Origin: Octopus vulgaris
Lineage: Eukaryota
Length of the DNA stretch: 64,000 nucleotides
Assembly (NCBI GenBank): GCA_951406725.2
Contig: OX597823.1
Coordinates: 51,088,001-51,152,000, forward strand
Direction of reading: 5' to 3'
The position numbers were made by a program, and so were the translations under genes. This document shows, piece after piece, positions 25,491 to 39,532 of the stretch (position 1 is the first letter of the stretch; every line of letters starts with the position of its first letter). Below the pieces are notes generated by a model that had not been told where the DNA came from, ran no database searches, and worked only from the letters and a program-made list of their open reading frames with translations.

Positions 25491-26330
25491 TGTGGACAAG
25501 ATTATGTCACACTGCACAACAGAAAGATACAGTATACTGTCATCCGAAGATTAAACATCTTGGAAGAAACCATAGAAGTAGGCAAAATGTCCATTTCAAC
25601 GTAGACATTGATTAACATTGTCTAGTGACAGAAAAAATTGAAACCTTATACAATGTTGCCTTCCGTCAACCAAGAATGTGGACAGCATATCTATGTTCTA
25701 CTGATACTCTACAAAAGAAGATAATTATTGACAGAATACTAAAAGCATAACAAAATGCTAAAATAAACATATAAATGCAGGCGACGAAGAAAAATAAATA
25801 CCTAATCGATAATATGAAATTCGAACGGTTATGTATACATCAATTACATGGGTTCAGCGCAGAATAAAAATGTAGCAACACGTCCGAATTATTTTATACT
25901 CATAATGAGACCAAGGGAATCTAAAATCGTTGATGAGATATCTGTACATACGCACACACACACACAAACACATACGCTCGCGCACACATACACACACGTA
26001 CAGAATCTTGGTTTTGGAGGTGCATAAATGAACTCAAGGGCCTAGACCTGGAACAAAAATTACACAGCACTTGTTGTATATGTGGTTAAAATACAGAACC
26101 GTCTCGTAGAAAAATTTGCAAATACATCACGTTATATCAGAAAATTTTCACAATTACCTTAACTCGGACGATAAAAAAAGTAAATAATGAAGGGAGATAA
26201 TGCGTGTGAGAAGAAACTATGTAGTCACAAACAACCATATATATGTGTGTGAGCGTGTGTGTTTGTGTGTGTGTGTATACATCTCTACATGTATATATAT
26301 TTATATACATATATGTATGTATGCATGTAT

Positions 26331-26508
26331 ATGGCAGAATCTTTAACACACCGTTCTTACTTTATGAGCTCAAATTCCACTGTGGTCGACTTTCCATATC
26401 ATTCTTTGGGATTCGATAAAATAAATATCGGTAAAGCACTGGAGTCCATGTAATCGACTAAACGCATCTCCCTTAACATTTCACAAATTGTACCTATAAT
26501 AGAAATAA
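26331..26508 (+). mobile_element. degraded SINE family A
   Basis: ATGGCAGAATC...GAGCTCAAATTCC...GGTCGACTTT...TCGATAAAATAA. Confidence 0.7.
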
Positions 26509-26688
26509 TACACACAAACACACACACATACACTCACATATATATCAACATAACTCAACATTTATATATATATATATGTCATAAGCATAAGATCACACAA
26601 TTATTGTTGGCATACATTATATACACAGAAGCACAATACATACGTATGGGTGTATACAAAAGTACATACACATGCCTATCATTATGGT

Positions 26689-26726
<38 letters not shown>

Positions 26727-26727
26727 A

Positions 26728-26889
26728 TAGGAGTGGCTGTGTGGTAAGTAGCTTGCTTACAAACCACATGGTTCCGGGTTCAGTCCCACTGCGTGGCACC
26801 TTGGGTAAGTGTCTTCTACTATAGCCTCGGGTCGACCAAAGCCTTGTGAGTGGATTTGGTAGGCGGAAACGGAAGGAAGCCCGTCGTAT
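26728..26889 (+). mobile_element. SINE family B 5' half ending in (TA)n
   Basis: TAGGAGTGGCTGTGTGGTAAGTAGC...GAAGCCCGTCGTATAT; the 3' half is absent. Confidence 0.88.
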
Positions 26890-26894
26890 ATATG

Positions 26895-26953
<59 letters not shown>

Positions 26954-26959
<6 letters not shown>

Positions 26960-27075
26960 TATATAGAAGGAGCTTCTACAGGACTAGTACTGTTTCATTC
27001 AAGAGAAATCTTCAGGAAGATTTCTCTTGAATGAAACAGTACTAGTCCTGTAGAAGCTCCTTCTATATAATAAAT
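26954..27075. repeat. perfect 60-bp inverted repeat with 2-nt spacer
   Basis: 26954-27013 is the exact reverse complement of 27016-27075; spacer AG. Confidence 0.97.
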
Positions 27076-27141
27076 TAATTTTACTCTGCTATGTATTGAG
27101 TACCTTACTTACTGTGGTTAACCCCGAATCAACCCGGGACC

Positions 27142-27217
<76 letters not shown>

Positions 27218-28502
27218 TGTGTATGTAAATTACTTTTTGGAACATTGGAACTCGAAACATATAAAGCTAGAAATAATAGCATGTAAATATGAAGTTAAAA
27301 ACTCTTTGGATGATAAGATGTCGAACGCAGTAAGAATTTATATATGCTTCGAGGTTCAGCGTTCCACAAATGTATTATTTCACGTTCATCTCATTTCTAA
27401 GTTCTTATGACGTCAATAATATATGCATATATATATATATACACATATATACAAACATACATACATACATGCATAAATATATATATATATATATATACAC
27501 ATACCTACACACACACAAATATAGATAGATGCATACATATATATATATACATACATTACATACGTATCCATATTTCTTTCCACATAATTAGATCTATTTC
27601 TAAATGTAATTATATACATATAAATATACACACACGTGCGCATATATACATATAAACACACACACGCACACCACACACACACACAAATATATACATATAT
27701 AGGCACAAACATATATTAAATACGTACCGTCCTTTCTATTTGTAACGAACGAGTTTTGTCTTCGATTTCTTTGTAGATTTGCAGTAATTAATTCCTTTGT
27801 CGATTAGGCAAGATAACTTCAAAAAGTTAGTGCTCAGTCTAAATTATATGTAGAGATTATCTATTCTCAAGATTACAAATGGTGTAGTTAGATCACTTGT
27901 GTATTTTAATTACGAGCCGGTAACAGAGAATGAGGAAATGGGAGCGGGGGGACCCTCGAATACATCTATCAATGTATTAAGCATCCAACACTATTAGATG
28001 TTTTGAATAGTTGAAAAGTGTTTAAAAGATAGGCAGAGGAACCACATTTTGTTCTCTTTAGAGTAGATTGGAAATGATGTAGTTGCTGGATTGATTTCAT
28101 CGTTACGAAATTAAATTACCTCTAGCTGTATAGCTAAAGAAACTACCAGTAAATAGTTTAATGTAAATAACTATTAAAACAAAACCTAATTAAAGTACTA
28201 CTTGTATAACGGTAATATATAATTGAAATCAGATAATTGTCTATTAAATGTCAGTTTACTTTTAATTAGAAGTGAGGAGTCTGCTATATGTAAGTGCTAT
28301 TTGTACAGAGGGTTGGTGTCAAGTTTGTTTCTCGTTGCTTTTTTTTTTTTTTTATTAAATACTGTTTCTGAGACTTTTGGAATATATCAGAAATCGTTGA
28401 GTTCCATCATCTCTTGTAGGAGCATGAATCAACTCACCAATAAAGTTTTTCTCACCAATATGACATTTCGAGATGGAAATTTCAATATTCTTATGTGACA
28501 AA

Positions 28503-28815
<313 letters not shown>

Positions 28816-29723
28816 GTGAGGGTTTGAGGTTTGAAGTAATATATCACCTGGGCGGATACCGTGGTGACTCTCAGTTATGTTCCAGGTTACAGCTAACCAC
28901 ATCAATCAGTATTTAACGTATATGACTACTATTAGTTGTCAGTCACTCTGAAAATTACTTCGATAGGTAATTCCGTGTTCGCTTCACTGGTCTGTAATAT
29001 TGTCTGGAGTATATATTAGCAATAATTGTAACGATATAGAACATTCAGACTTGTTTATCCAAAAATTTATTTACTCTTATTTGACAATTTTATGCAACAT
29101 ATTATTATGGTCTTTATGAACTACACATATTTCCACTTAACAGATTACAGGTAGTTACAGATGCAACCTGGCACGATTTTCGGTGCAGCTTCTTCAAGGT
29201 CTATCCACTTGGCTAGTTGGGGTTCGAGGGTGGTAGTGGTAGCTAGGCTTCGTGGGTGGCGGTGGATTTCTTTTGAAATTGAAATCTGATCAGTTTGTAA
29301 ATTTCTGAGATTGACTTCAAATTCACAATAGTTGCTGTCCGAAGTCAGGTTTCAGTCTAATTAGATCAAGGTCGACGGTAGTGCTTTCGCAGAGATCCTT
29401 GTGTATTGTGGTGCTTGGGTAAGCTGTAGCCTATGTTTCAAGTGTGGTGCTTGTAGTGTAATGTTTTTAGTTGTTCATATTAACATTTTTTTTTGGTGTG
29501 TTGTTTAAGTTTTGCAGAATGCAATGGATAGAGTAGATGCTAGATTTGTTATAGAGTGCCATGAATTGTTTGGGTTTAGGATGTGTTTAATCTATCCTTC
29601 CACACTCAAATGTGGGTGGAGTATTGGTTATCAAGAACTTTCTTTAAATGTTTTAAAAGTCTTATGTTTGTGAATATTTTGAGGATGAACAAGTTTCCAT
29701 GTTCTATATCGTTAAGATTATTG

Positions 29724-29769
<46 letters not shown>

Positions 29770-30335
29770 CGATGGTGAGTCAAAAAATAATGCCATTTTG
29801 TTTAGGACAGTTATAATTACCAACACAGAAACATGTATCATACATCAAAATGAAGCTTGTCCTCTGTGGATCACGTCCTTACTTCTCAACATAGTTACCG
29901 TTTTTCTCAATAGCAATGTTCCACCTTCGAATGAAAGCATGTATCCCTGCCCCGTAAAATTCCGTTGCCTGTCTTTGAGTCACTTCTTCACTACACTTTT
30001 CACTTTCACATCACTGGAATAATATTTGCCTCTCAAACCCTCTTTCATGGGGCCGAAGAGATGATAGTCTAGTGACGATGATAGTCCAGATGACGAGGAA
30101 GTGAAAACTGTAGTGAAAAAGTGGCTCAAAGAACAATCAACAGAATTTTACGGGGCAGGTATACATGCTCTCATTCGAAGGTGGAACATTGCTATTGAGA
30201 GAAACGGTGACTACTTTAAGAAGTAGGGATGTGATCCACAGAGGACCAGCTTCACTTTGATGTATGATACATGTTTCTGTGTTGCTAATTATACTTGTCC
30301 TAAGTAAAATGGTATTACTTTTTGACTCACCCTCG
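29770..30335. mobile_element. mariner-derived foldback element (two 3' ends in inverted orientation)
   Basis: TA-flanked TIRs CGATGGTGAGTCAAAAA / TTTTTGACTCACCCTCG; the right arm encodes DDEEVKTVVKKWLKEQSTEFYGAGIHALIRRWNIAIERNGDYFKK* (mariner C-terminus) and the left arm is a diverged reverse complement of it. Confidence 0.85.
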
Positions 30336-30412
30336 TATATATATATTTATGAATGTACATGTATGTTTGTATATATGTGTAAATATTAAAATCGTCAGTT
30401 TAATAACTTATA

Positions 30413-30461
<49 letters not shown>

Positions 30462-30877
30462 ACACACTCGCACATACACGCATATACATATATACATAAA
30501 CATGCACATATTTACATATGTGCATGTTTATGTATATATGTATATGCGTGTATGTGCGAGTGGTGTGTATGTGTGTGTGTGTGTGTGTGTGTGTAATTGT
30601 AAGTTATTAAACTGACGATTTTAATATTTACACATATATACAAACATACATGTACATTCATAAATATATAGATACGAGGGTGAGTCAAAAAGTAATACCA
30701 TTTTACTTAGGACAAGTATAATTAGCAACACAGAAACATGTATCATACATCAAAGTGAAGCTGGTCCTCTGTGGATCACATCCCTACTTCTCAACGTAGT
30801 CACCGTTTCTCTCAATAGCAATGTTCCACCTTCGAATGAGAGCATGTATACTTGCCCCGTAAAATTCTGTTGATTGT
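30133..30877. repeat. ~300-bp near-perfect inverted duplication with microsatellite spacer
   Basis: 30133-~30440 vs ~30572-30877; only about five substitutions seen; includes the mariner end plus host flank. Confidence 0.92.
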
Positions 30878-31119
30878 GCATATACAAATATATATAGGCA
30901 CAATCATATAATAGATATGTATCTTCCATTCTGTTTGTATGTGTGTGTGTGTGTGTGTATGTGTGTGTGTTAGCAGGCACCCACATGGATATGGTTCAAA
31001 CTATTTGGAAAATGCCCTGTTAAAAAACATCCTACCACAGAAAGATACACTTTAGTGGAAGATGCTATAGATGTAAAGAGCAGTTGGTTACTGGTACTCA
31101 GCTTTAAGCTCCTTGAGAT

Positions 31120-31315
31120 GGTTGTAGTCGCTTACATCAAGCAAAATGCTTTACAGCATTTTGTCTGTCTTTATGTTCTGAATTCAAATTCAGAAATTGC
31201 CTTTTATCATTCTGAGTCGATAAAATAAGTACCATTTGATCTACAGGAGTCGATGTAATCGATTTAACCCCTCCCCGAAATTGTTGACCTTGTGCCACAA
31301 TCTGAAACCAATATT
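31120..31315 (+). mobile_element. SINE family A (older)
   Basis: TTCTGAATTCAAATTC, GTCGATAAAATAAGTACC, tail GAAACCAATATT. Confidence 0.75.
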
Positions 31316-32819
31316 ACCGAAAGGAAATATTCTATGCCATGGAAGCCAGAAGCGGGTGGAGGATCTGGGCCGTGCCAGTCTTAACAGACACAACTCGATG
31401 ATGATTATATCTAACGTTATATTTAAAATAATAAATTAAAGATGTTTGATTGAAGAAAGAGAAAAAAATATTCCTCATACTGAAAGAAACCATTTTTACT
31501 ATTACCCAAGAATCTATTCTGGTATGAAATTCTATCTCTAACTATTTCAAATTAATTATTGCAGACACCAAGGCAACCTGCAACTCGTAATAATTGAATC
31601 GATGCATGAGAATTTATGGTACAATCTAATATTCTGAAACTAACATATTTTGCATATTGACAAAAAGATATTAATTTCTATTAATTCTAGTTTGTTCTAA
31701 ATCGATTTATGCTGAACATTAAACGTGGACATATTAAAGTAAACCTCTTTAAGGATTCGCAAGATTTTCTACAGATTTCAGCAATATTAAAATTTTTGAA
31801 CGAAATCACTGATACCATAATTATGTACAGGATATCACCAAGTAAGACAAGTAAGACAATTAGGGACTCGGCTTAAAAAAAAAATTGAAATTACTATCCG
31901 AAATCATCCTCCATTTTAGGCGCCAGCTTGGCTTCAGTCCGCTTAATTTTCATTTCTTTCGTTAATTGGCTCTGTAAGGGATGTTTAATTAATTAAGACA
32001 CCTCATTTTGCCTCGTACATTCCATTTCACGTTCGTAATGGAAAGGTTTGCAGAGAGTTTCTCGTTAACAACAGAAAAGAGATATACAATTACAGTTGAA
32101 TAATGAGGAACGTTGCTATGTCATAATTTTATACATGCCCATACTGTTCAGCGGAAAACGAAGGACGAGCTTTATCAATGACATGGTTTCAATCCCACTA
32201 TCAGGAGTTATTGTATTTTACAAGTGCCAAAACTCTCACTGTGAAGAGAATGAATGTCACAGATACATCACTGTCGTGTTTCATTAATACACCGTCTATA
32301 AAAAATATATTGTGCCATTAGACATAGGCATCTATTTGGACATCGTCGTCGTTTAGTGGCAAACACATTAGTGCGATTGCAAATTCTCAAGGAACTTTAA
32401 AGAAATTTCGGTTTCGATTTTCAATTGAAATTTTTTCCTTAATGCTCCTTATTGTATTGTGAAATTGTACTGTAAAACAAACCAACATAAAATTATTTGC
32501 TGATTATTTAATTACTTCTTATAGATTGCCAATTGAAACGAAGATGTACATGATACCTATGTCAGTGCATAGTAGAACACAATTTGATTATATGAATGTG
32601 AGATTACGGGTAGATTTAATGACAATAGTGTAAAACTCTGGACATGCTATTACAGTACTTCAGATTTGATTTTCATGGGAAGTCATTCATTTTGACAAAG
32701 CACAGGATCAAATTTCAAACGCTGCCACAATGGACTTCCTTCTTTCGAGTTGACTGACTTCAAGCAACTTTCACATGTAAATGTGCATACATACATACAA
32801 TAATACGTACATATGCATG

Positions 32820-32867
<48 letters not shown>

Positions 32868-33621
32868 TGTGTGTGCGCATGTGTGTTATATATGTTTGTG
32901 TAATGATTCTATCTACCTTCACATTGTTAATGCCCTATCCCTCTATGTTCCGTAACTTAGTAGAGCAACAAACAGAGGTCACTATAATTATGTATGAAAT
33001 ATAATGAAGAGCTGAGTACAATACAATTGATTAAAACTCTTGAACAGAGCCCCAACGTAACAACAGTTTAATGACTGAAAGGAGTAAAAGAACAAAAGGA
33101 CGAAAGAATATGTACATGTGTAAATATAAATGAACAAACATATATCTATGCTTATTTGAAACTGTGCGGAACTTGCTAAAATAAAGCCTCATGATGGCTA
33201 ACCACCCTGTTGATATCAACGAATTATTGCTTGCCTTTATATTTCATCGTATCAAAAACGAGCCTGCAACTCTCATTTGCAGATACACTCTAACCATTTC
33301 CTGAAGGAAACGTCCTATGCACAAATGAATTCCAGCCTTTCTAATATTTCAAAAAAGAGGAATTATTTTATGTTCTCGAAGAATCTAAATTCCTTTGGCA
33401 TCCACAGGATATACATTCTCGAGGGTAAAGATTCTAAAATGTATAGAAAAGGTCGAAGGAGTGAATTAGTTCAAGAGCAGAACGGCTGTCATGTTTATAG
33501 GAGATGAATGTTCAAGGCCAACGGACAGCCTTCCACTTGTTCTTTCCAAAGTATTTTTAATCCAATATTTACATGGTATTTTTATAGCTTTATTTGATTC
33601 AAGATTCATCGTTCGTAAAAA

Positions 33622-33712
<91 letters not shown>

Positions 33713-33767
33713 GGAAAGGTTTAGTCACTGATGATCTAAACCAGTTACACCCACACACACGTGTATA

Positions 33768-33803
<36 letters not shown>

Positions 33804-33805
33804 TA

Positions 33806-33837
<32 letters not shown>

Positions 33838-33840
<3 letters not shown>

Positions 33841-34387
33841 TTTCAACAAACTTCATCCAGTTTCTATCTACCAAATCTACTCACAGGGCTTTGGTCGGCC
33901 CGAGGCTATAGTAGAAGACACTTTTGCTCAAGGTGCCACGCAGTAGGACTAAACCCAAAACCATGTGGTCGAGATGCATCTTATGATGCAGCCACACATA
34001 AAAATATCTTTTCCTTTTTTCACTCATTAGACTGGTACCATGTTGGAACACCACCTTGAAGAATGTTAGTCAAATGAATCAACTACAGCACTTTTTTTAT
34101 AGCCAGGTACTTATTCTATCGCTCGGTGTTGTCGAACTGCTAAGCTATGAGGACGTAAACAAGCTAACACCAACAAGTGGTGGTGGGGGACAAATAGATA
34201 CACACACACACATATATGACGATCTGCTTTCAATTTTCGTCTACCAATTCCACTCTCAAGTCTTTGGTCTTTGGTCGGCCCGAGGATTTAACAGATGACA
34301 GTTGCTCAAGGTGCCACGCTGTAAGACTGAATACAGAACCATGTGGTTTGGAAGCAAACGTCTTATCACTCAGCTACGCCTGCACCT
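33838..34387 (-). mobile_element. SINE family B: 5' half (33838-34000) plus older full copy (34015-34387)
   Basis: TTTGGTCGGCCCGAGG and CAAGGTGCCACGC each present twice. Confidence 0.82.
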
Positions 34388-36407
34388 ATATATGTGTCTG
34401 TATATCTGTATGAATATATATATATGTATACACACACACACACACACACACACATGCGCATGCACATATTTTCGTATTTTCGTTACTCGGTATATCTGAG
34501 CTCCATTCTTCATGTCATTTAATTCCCATAGACCATAAAGACAGCACTAAGCACTGGTAATCTGTTGAATTGTTCTACACTCTTAGTGATTAGATATCTC
34601 GCTTAGATGCTCTATACATTAGTGTGTACATGTATGTATATTTGTGTGTATATGTACGTATGAATTCCAGTGTTTACATACGTTCATTTCTAACATGATT
34701 AACTACTCTTGATTGAATATAACCTCTTCCACATTTTCCGATACTCTAATCAATCGATCCAGTAATTCGGTGAGCAAATCTTTTACACAAAAGACTACCT
34801 GAGAAAGCTAAACATGCACTGTCTTTCAGAGTGATGAGCACAAAAACCGTTCGGGTTAAGAGAGGAGTTTTATATCTCAATTGGTTGAATGATCTCAGTT
34901 TCGTTTACTTTACAAGCTGTTTCAAGTGATCAAAAGAAAAAGCTAGCATTGGAATGGTTTCAACGAAACAAAATACGCTTTATGTTTTTGCTGGTAATTT
35001 TGCCGTGTATGAAGAAGCAATTAATTCTTGCCAAGTAGCAAGGCTGTAAACAAATCTTTATCATTTCCACATTTTGTAAGATTGTCTTTCACTACAGTTT
35101 TGAAATGTTTATTTCCTTATACTAAAATGGAAACTCGAAATATATTCTATGATAGATCACTGTTGCGTAAGTCAAATTTACATTAGAATTATTTAACCAA
35201 CGCAGTGATGAATTGTTCTTATAATATTTCAATGTGCTTGCACAAATCTTGAGAGAAAAAAAATACAACTTACTGTATAAAATGTACATAAAACGGGGCG
35301 GGGAAAACGGACGGAAGAAGGGAAGAGAGAAAGTGAGTGAAAAGGGGAGAAGAAGGCGGTGAAAGAAAAGGCAAAAGAGATCGGAGCCGAGTGATGGAAG
35401 GGAGAGGAAAGAAAACTTCCTTACATATAACGGCACACATCAAGCCGAAGTGGATATCTTTCAGTTAAAAACAATTACGCCATTTAAGACATCTGCTCAC
35501 TTACATATTATATTATCAATTGAACTTAACGTTTAGAGCAAACACACATTGAACTTGTTTTATTTGCAATGAAATATCGTAATAAATAGGTGTTTTATTT
35601 ATGTTGTCATTTGCTGCATACGAATGTTGGTTCTTTACACTGCTTCTTCTGGAAACAATGAGAATAACAGCAGCTGCAACTGAAAGTCTGTTGGGGTGTT
35701 GAATTAGCGACTTACAAGTCAATGATACGAGTTCAGCCCTTGGCGATGCGCTGTATTAGCAATCAAGATACTTACTCTCCATTAGCTGTAGGCACGTCTA
35801 GTTGTAAATACTTTGCATAGTTTGGTATCCCTACCTCTTTTAGGCATTGGAGCATCGGATGCCAGTGAATAAGCCAGTGACTTTTGGGCTGGGGAGATAA
35901 TCGCTATTTTGATTTAAATTCTTCTAATGGGTCTGCTTCACATCAGTCATTAAGACAGTTCCTGTTTGCAATTATTAATAAACGAAAAACACAATTATCG
36001 GGCCATAATAATTATTTTTCTGCATTGATAACAGATCAACGAAATGAAGCTTAGTCATTGCAGATCAAAGTCAGTATATGTCTGCTACCTCCAGGGTAAT
36101 GAAATACATAAGATTTGAATTCAGAATCTAGGAAAAGAAAATTAAGGAATTAAATACTGTCGGCCGTTTATCCAAACTTTAAGTACTATTTCTAGATAGG
36201 GTAAAACGAAGATTCTAAAATGTAGTGAAAGGCCACACATTTTGGAGAAATGGCACATGTCCCTTGAACCAACCAGGATTTGAAATTGCAACTTAGAAAG
36301 GTCTAGCTGAACAATGCATGGTATTTTCCCCTACATTCTTCTGATTTTGTCCACAATCACTTATATATATATATAAAAAAGTAATTAATAATCTCAAAAC
36401 GTAAGTT

Positions 36408-36615
36408 GGTGTCTGCCGTTACGTTCTGAGTTCAAATTCCGCTGAGGTTGACTTTGTCTTTCATCCTTTCGGGATCGATTAAATAAGTGCCAGTTACGCA
36501 CTGGGGTCGATATAATCGACTTAATCCGTTTGTCCTCTCTGTGTGTAGCCCGGCGTGGACAGTAAAGAAATAGGTATTTCGTCTGTCTTTACGTTCTGAA
36601 TTCAAATTCAGCCGA
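36408..36615 (+). mobile_element. SINE family A partial dimer
   Basis: Body + tail AGTAAAGAAATAGGT joined directly to ATTTCGTCTGTC of a second body. Confidence 0.85.
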
Positions 36616-36761
36616 AATAAATAAAGAAGTAAAAAACTTTTAAGATTCTGGTATTTTTTGTATTAACTATAAAAATATGCAATATAAGAAAAAGAGAGAT
36701 ATCGATCGTGAAGGCTGCTCTTGTTTGGACCATAATTAATGCAATAGCAACAGCTACTTTT

Positions 36762-37200
36762 TCGTTTATCTTTTACTTGTCTGTCATTAGACTGCGGCCA
36801 TGCTGGGGCACCACCTTGTAAAATTATAGTCGAATGGAATGACCGGGTACTTATTTTTCTGTGACAACTGCTACTTATTCTATTATTCTCTTTTGTCAAA
36901 CTTCTAGGTTACGGGGACGTAAACACACCAACGTTGTCAAGCAGTGGTGAGAGGCAAATACAGACACGAATACGCACACACACACACTCACTCACACACA
37001 CACACACACACACACACTCATATATATATATATATATATACGGGGTTCTTTTAGCTTCCGTATACCAAATCCATTTTCAGGCTTTGGTCGGTCCGAGGCT
37101 GTAGTAAAAGACACTTGCCCAATGTGCCACAGAAGGGAACTGAAGCTGGAATCGTATGGTTGGGAAGGAAACTTCTTACCACACAGTCACGCCTGCGCCT
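36762..37200 (-). mobile_element. SINE family B
   Basis: Collinear with 44290-44760; ends CACGCCTGCGCCT. Confidence 0.88.
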
Positions 37201-37809
37201 ATCTTCATAATTTATTCATTACGTTTTATTTTTCTTTGGAAATTTAATATTTTTTTAAGAAAAAAGGAAAGGAAGTGAACCATAAAAAATGAATGAATGA
37301 TGAATTTTTGAAACTGAAAATATTACACTACTAAAATTTACTTCGATGAACTTTTTCATAAATCTTTGTAGCTTTCTCGAGAATATTTCTTTGGTCTGTC
37401 AGTTTGTCACTGTTTCACATCAGTTGTCTAACTTATCACTTACGTTGTTGCTGATTGTTATAGCTTAACGATCCTCCTATTACACTTGATTGTGATGGAT
37501 CTAACAAAATTCTGCCAAGGTCGACTTTGGCTTTCATCCTTTCGAAATCGATAAAATAAGTACCATTTGAACACTTGAGTCAATGCAATCGATTTGACCC
37601 CTCGCCTACAAAAGAAAAAAAAATTCAGACTTTGTGCCTATAGTGTAAAAAAAAAAAAAAGAGTGATGATGTATCTAACAGGCGCTCCTTGAAACCGCCA
37701 CCACCTCCGAAATGCCATTACTACGTCCTCATCATCAGCATCTCTAGCATTACTCCCCCACCAGAACAACAACTACAAAACTAACGCCGCCGAACCGTAT
37801 CCCCATAGC

Positions 37810-38430
37810 ATTATCACCACCATCACCACCATCATCACCACCACCACTACCACCACCACCACCACAACAACAACAACAACAACAACAAAAACAACAACAA
37901 CAACACCATCACCAGCATCTTGATATCATTACCAAAACTGCGCTACCACTTCCGCCAGAAGCAGCAGCAGCAGCAGCACCACCACCACCAACAACAACGC
38001 CATATTGTCTAGTACCATCGATACTGTAGTCACTATCACTAATACTACCTACACCACAATCAACAATAATCACTGCAGCCATCGTCACCTTCGCCATCGT
38101 CAACATCATCGACAACATCGTCCTTTCACTTGCTATTATCATAAGCATTATCATAATTGCTACCTTCACCATCACCACGACTATCATCACCATTATCCCC
38201 ACCACCACCACCACCGCCACCACCACCACCACCATCACCACTACTACTACTACTACTAATCAGGCAACTCAATCATCATTACCAACAACCAGATCAACAT
38301 CAACATCAACATCAACATCGACACTATCATCATTACCATCATCCTCATGGCTATCGCCGTCATCATCATCATCATCATCATCATCACCACCACCCCCGCC
38401 ACCCCTGCCACCACCGTCACCACCACCATA
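37810..38430. repeat. mixed trinucleotide low-complexity tract (CAC, CAT, AAC, CAG, TAC)
   Basis: Directly visible imperfect triplet runs. Confidence 0.9.
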
Positions 38431-39164
38431 TGCCGTTTATTCTTTTTGATATTCAGCGTGTGGTTTTTATGACTACACGTCTTACAACTGGGAGAGTAGT
38501 TCCCAAGCCTGTCTCTGCTTTATTACAACCTTACATCATAGTGTCTAAACTTTATAACCGCACACACTGCAGCCGCTACTTTGTTGCCGGCCGTTGATCA
38601 GTCTTTGATCTCACATACATTAATGAGTGTGTATAGACTTCATTACCATACACCTGAGAGTCCTGAGTGTGTTTTGAAAACCTTCCCTGTCTCTCATGCA
38701 ACTGGCATTAGCGGCTAGTTCTTATTACCATATATCTAACGGTCTCGACTGAGTTCATATAATCTGACTGACTCTGATGTTTATCAAATATTAGTAGGTT
38801 TGATTCATTAATATATCCCTGACATTCCGGAACGATATCCTATATTAGCACACAAATTTATAATAAAAACTGTCTGTCCTCGAAAGTTCTTAATGTGTTT
38901 CCTGTCATACAAATATCGTTTTAGCAAATAATTTGTCTACATTTGTTAAATAATATTCATACGATTAACTAATTATTTCTAATAAAAGCACAAGGCTCCA
39001 AATTTACCGAGGGCGAAGAAGCAGCCGATTTATATTGAACTCAATGCTTGGCTGGTGTTTTATTTTATCGTCCCTGGTGAAAAAAGAAAGGTAAAGTGAA
39101 TTAGGATCATAATTAACCGGAAGAACTGCTGTGAAGTATCAAACGATTCTGCCAATCCACGGCC

Positions 39165-39362
39165 TTATCTTTTATCTTTTACCTTTTATCCTTTACTTGC
39201 TTCTCTCATTAGATTGCGGCCTAGCTGGGGCACTGCCTGGAAGAATTTTTTTCCTTTCCAGGCCTGGTACTTATTCTATCGGTTCTCCTTTGCCGAACTG
39301 CTAGTTTACAAAGACATAAACGCACCGAAACCAGTAGTCAAGCGCTGATAGGGGACCAACAA

Positions 39363-39436
<74 letters not shown>

Positions 39437-39452
39437 AGACATACTCACAGAC

Positions 39453-39532
<80 letters not shown>

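Noticed and set aside
37909-38597. His/Pro-rich and Val-rich ORFs resembling a transcription-factor low-complexity region
   Set aside because: They derive from a mixed triplet repeat open in several frames, with no domain and no supported exon structure
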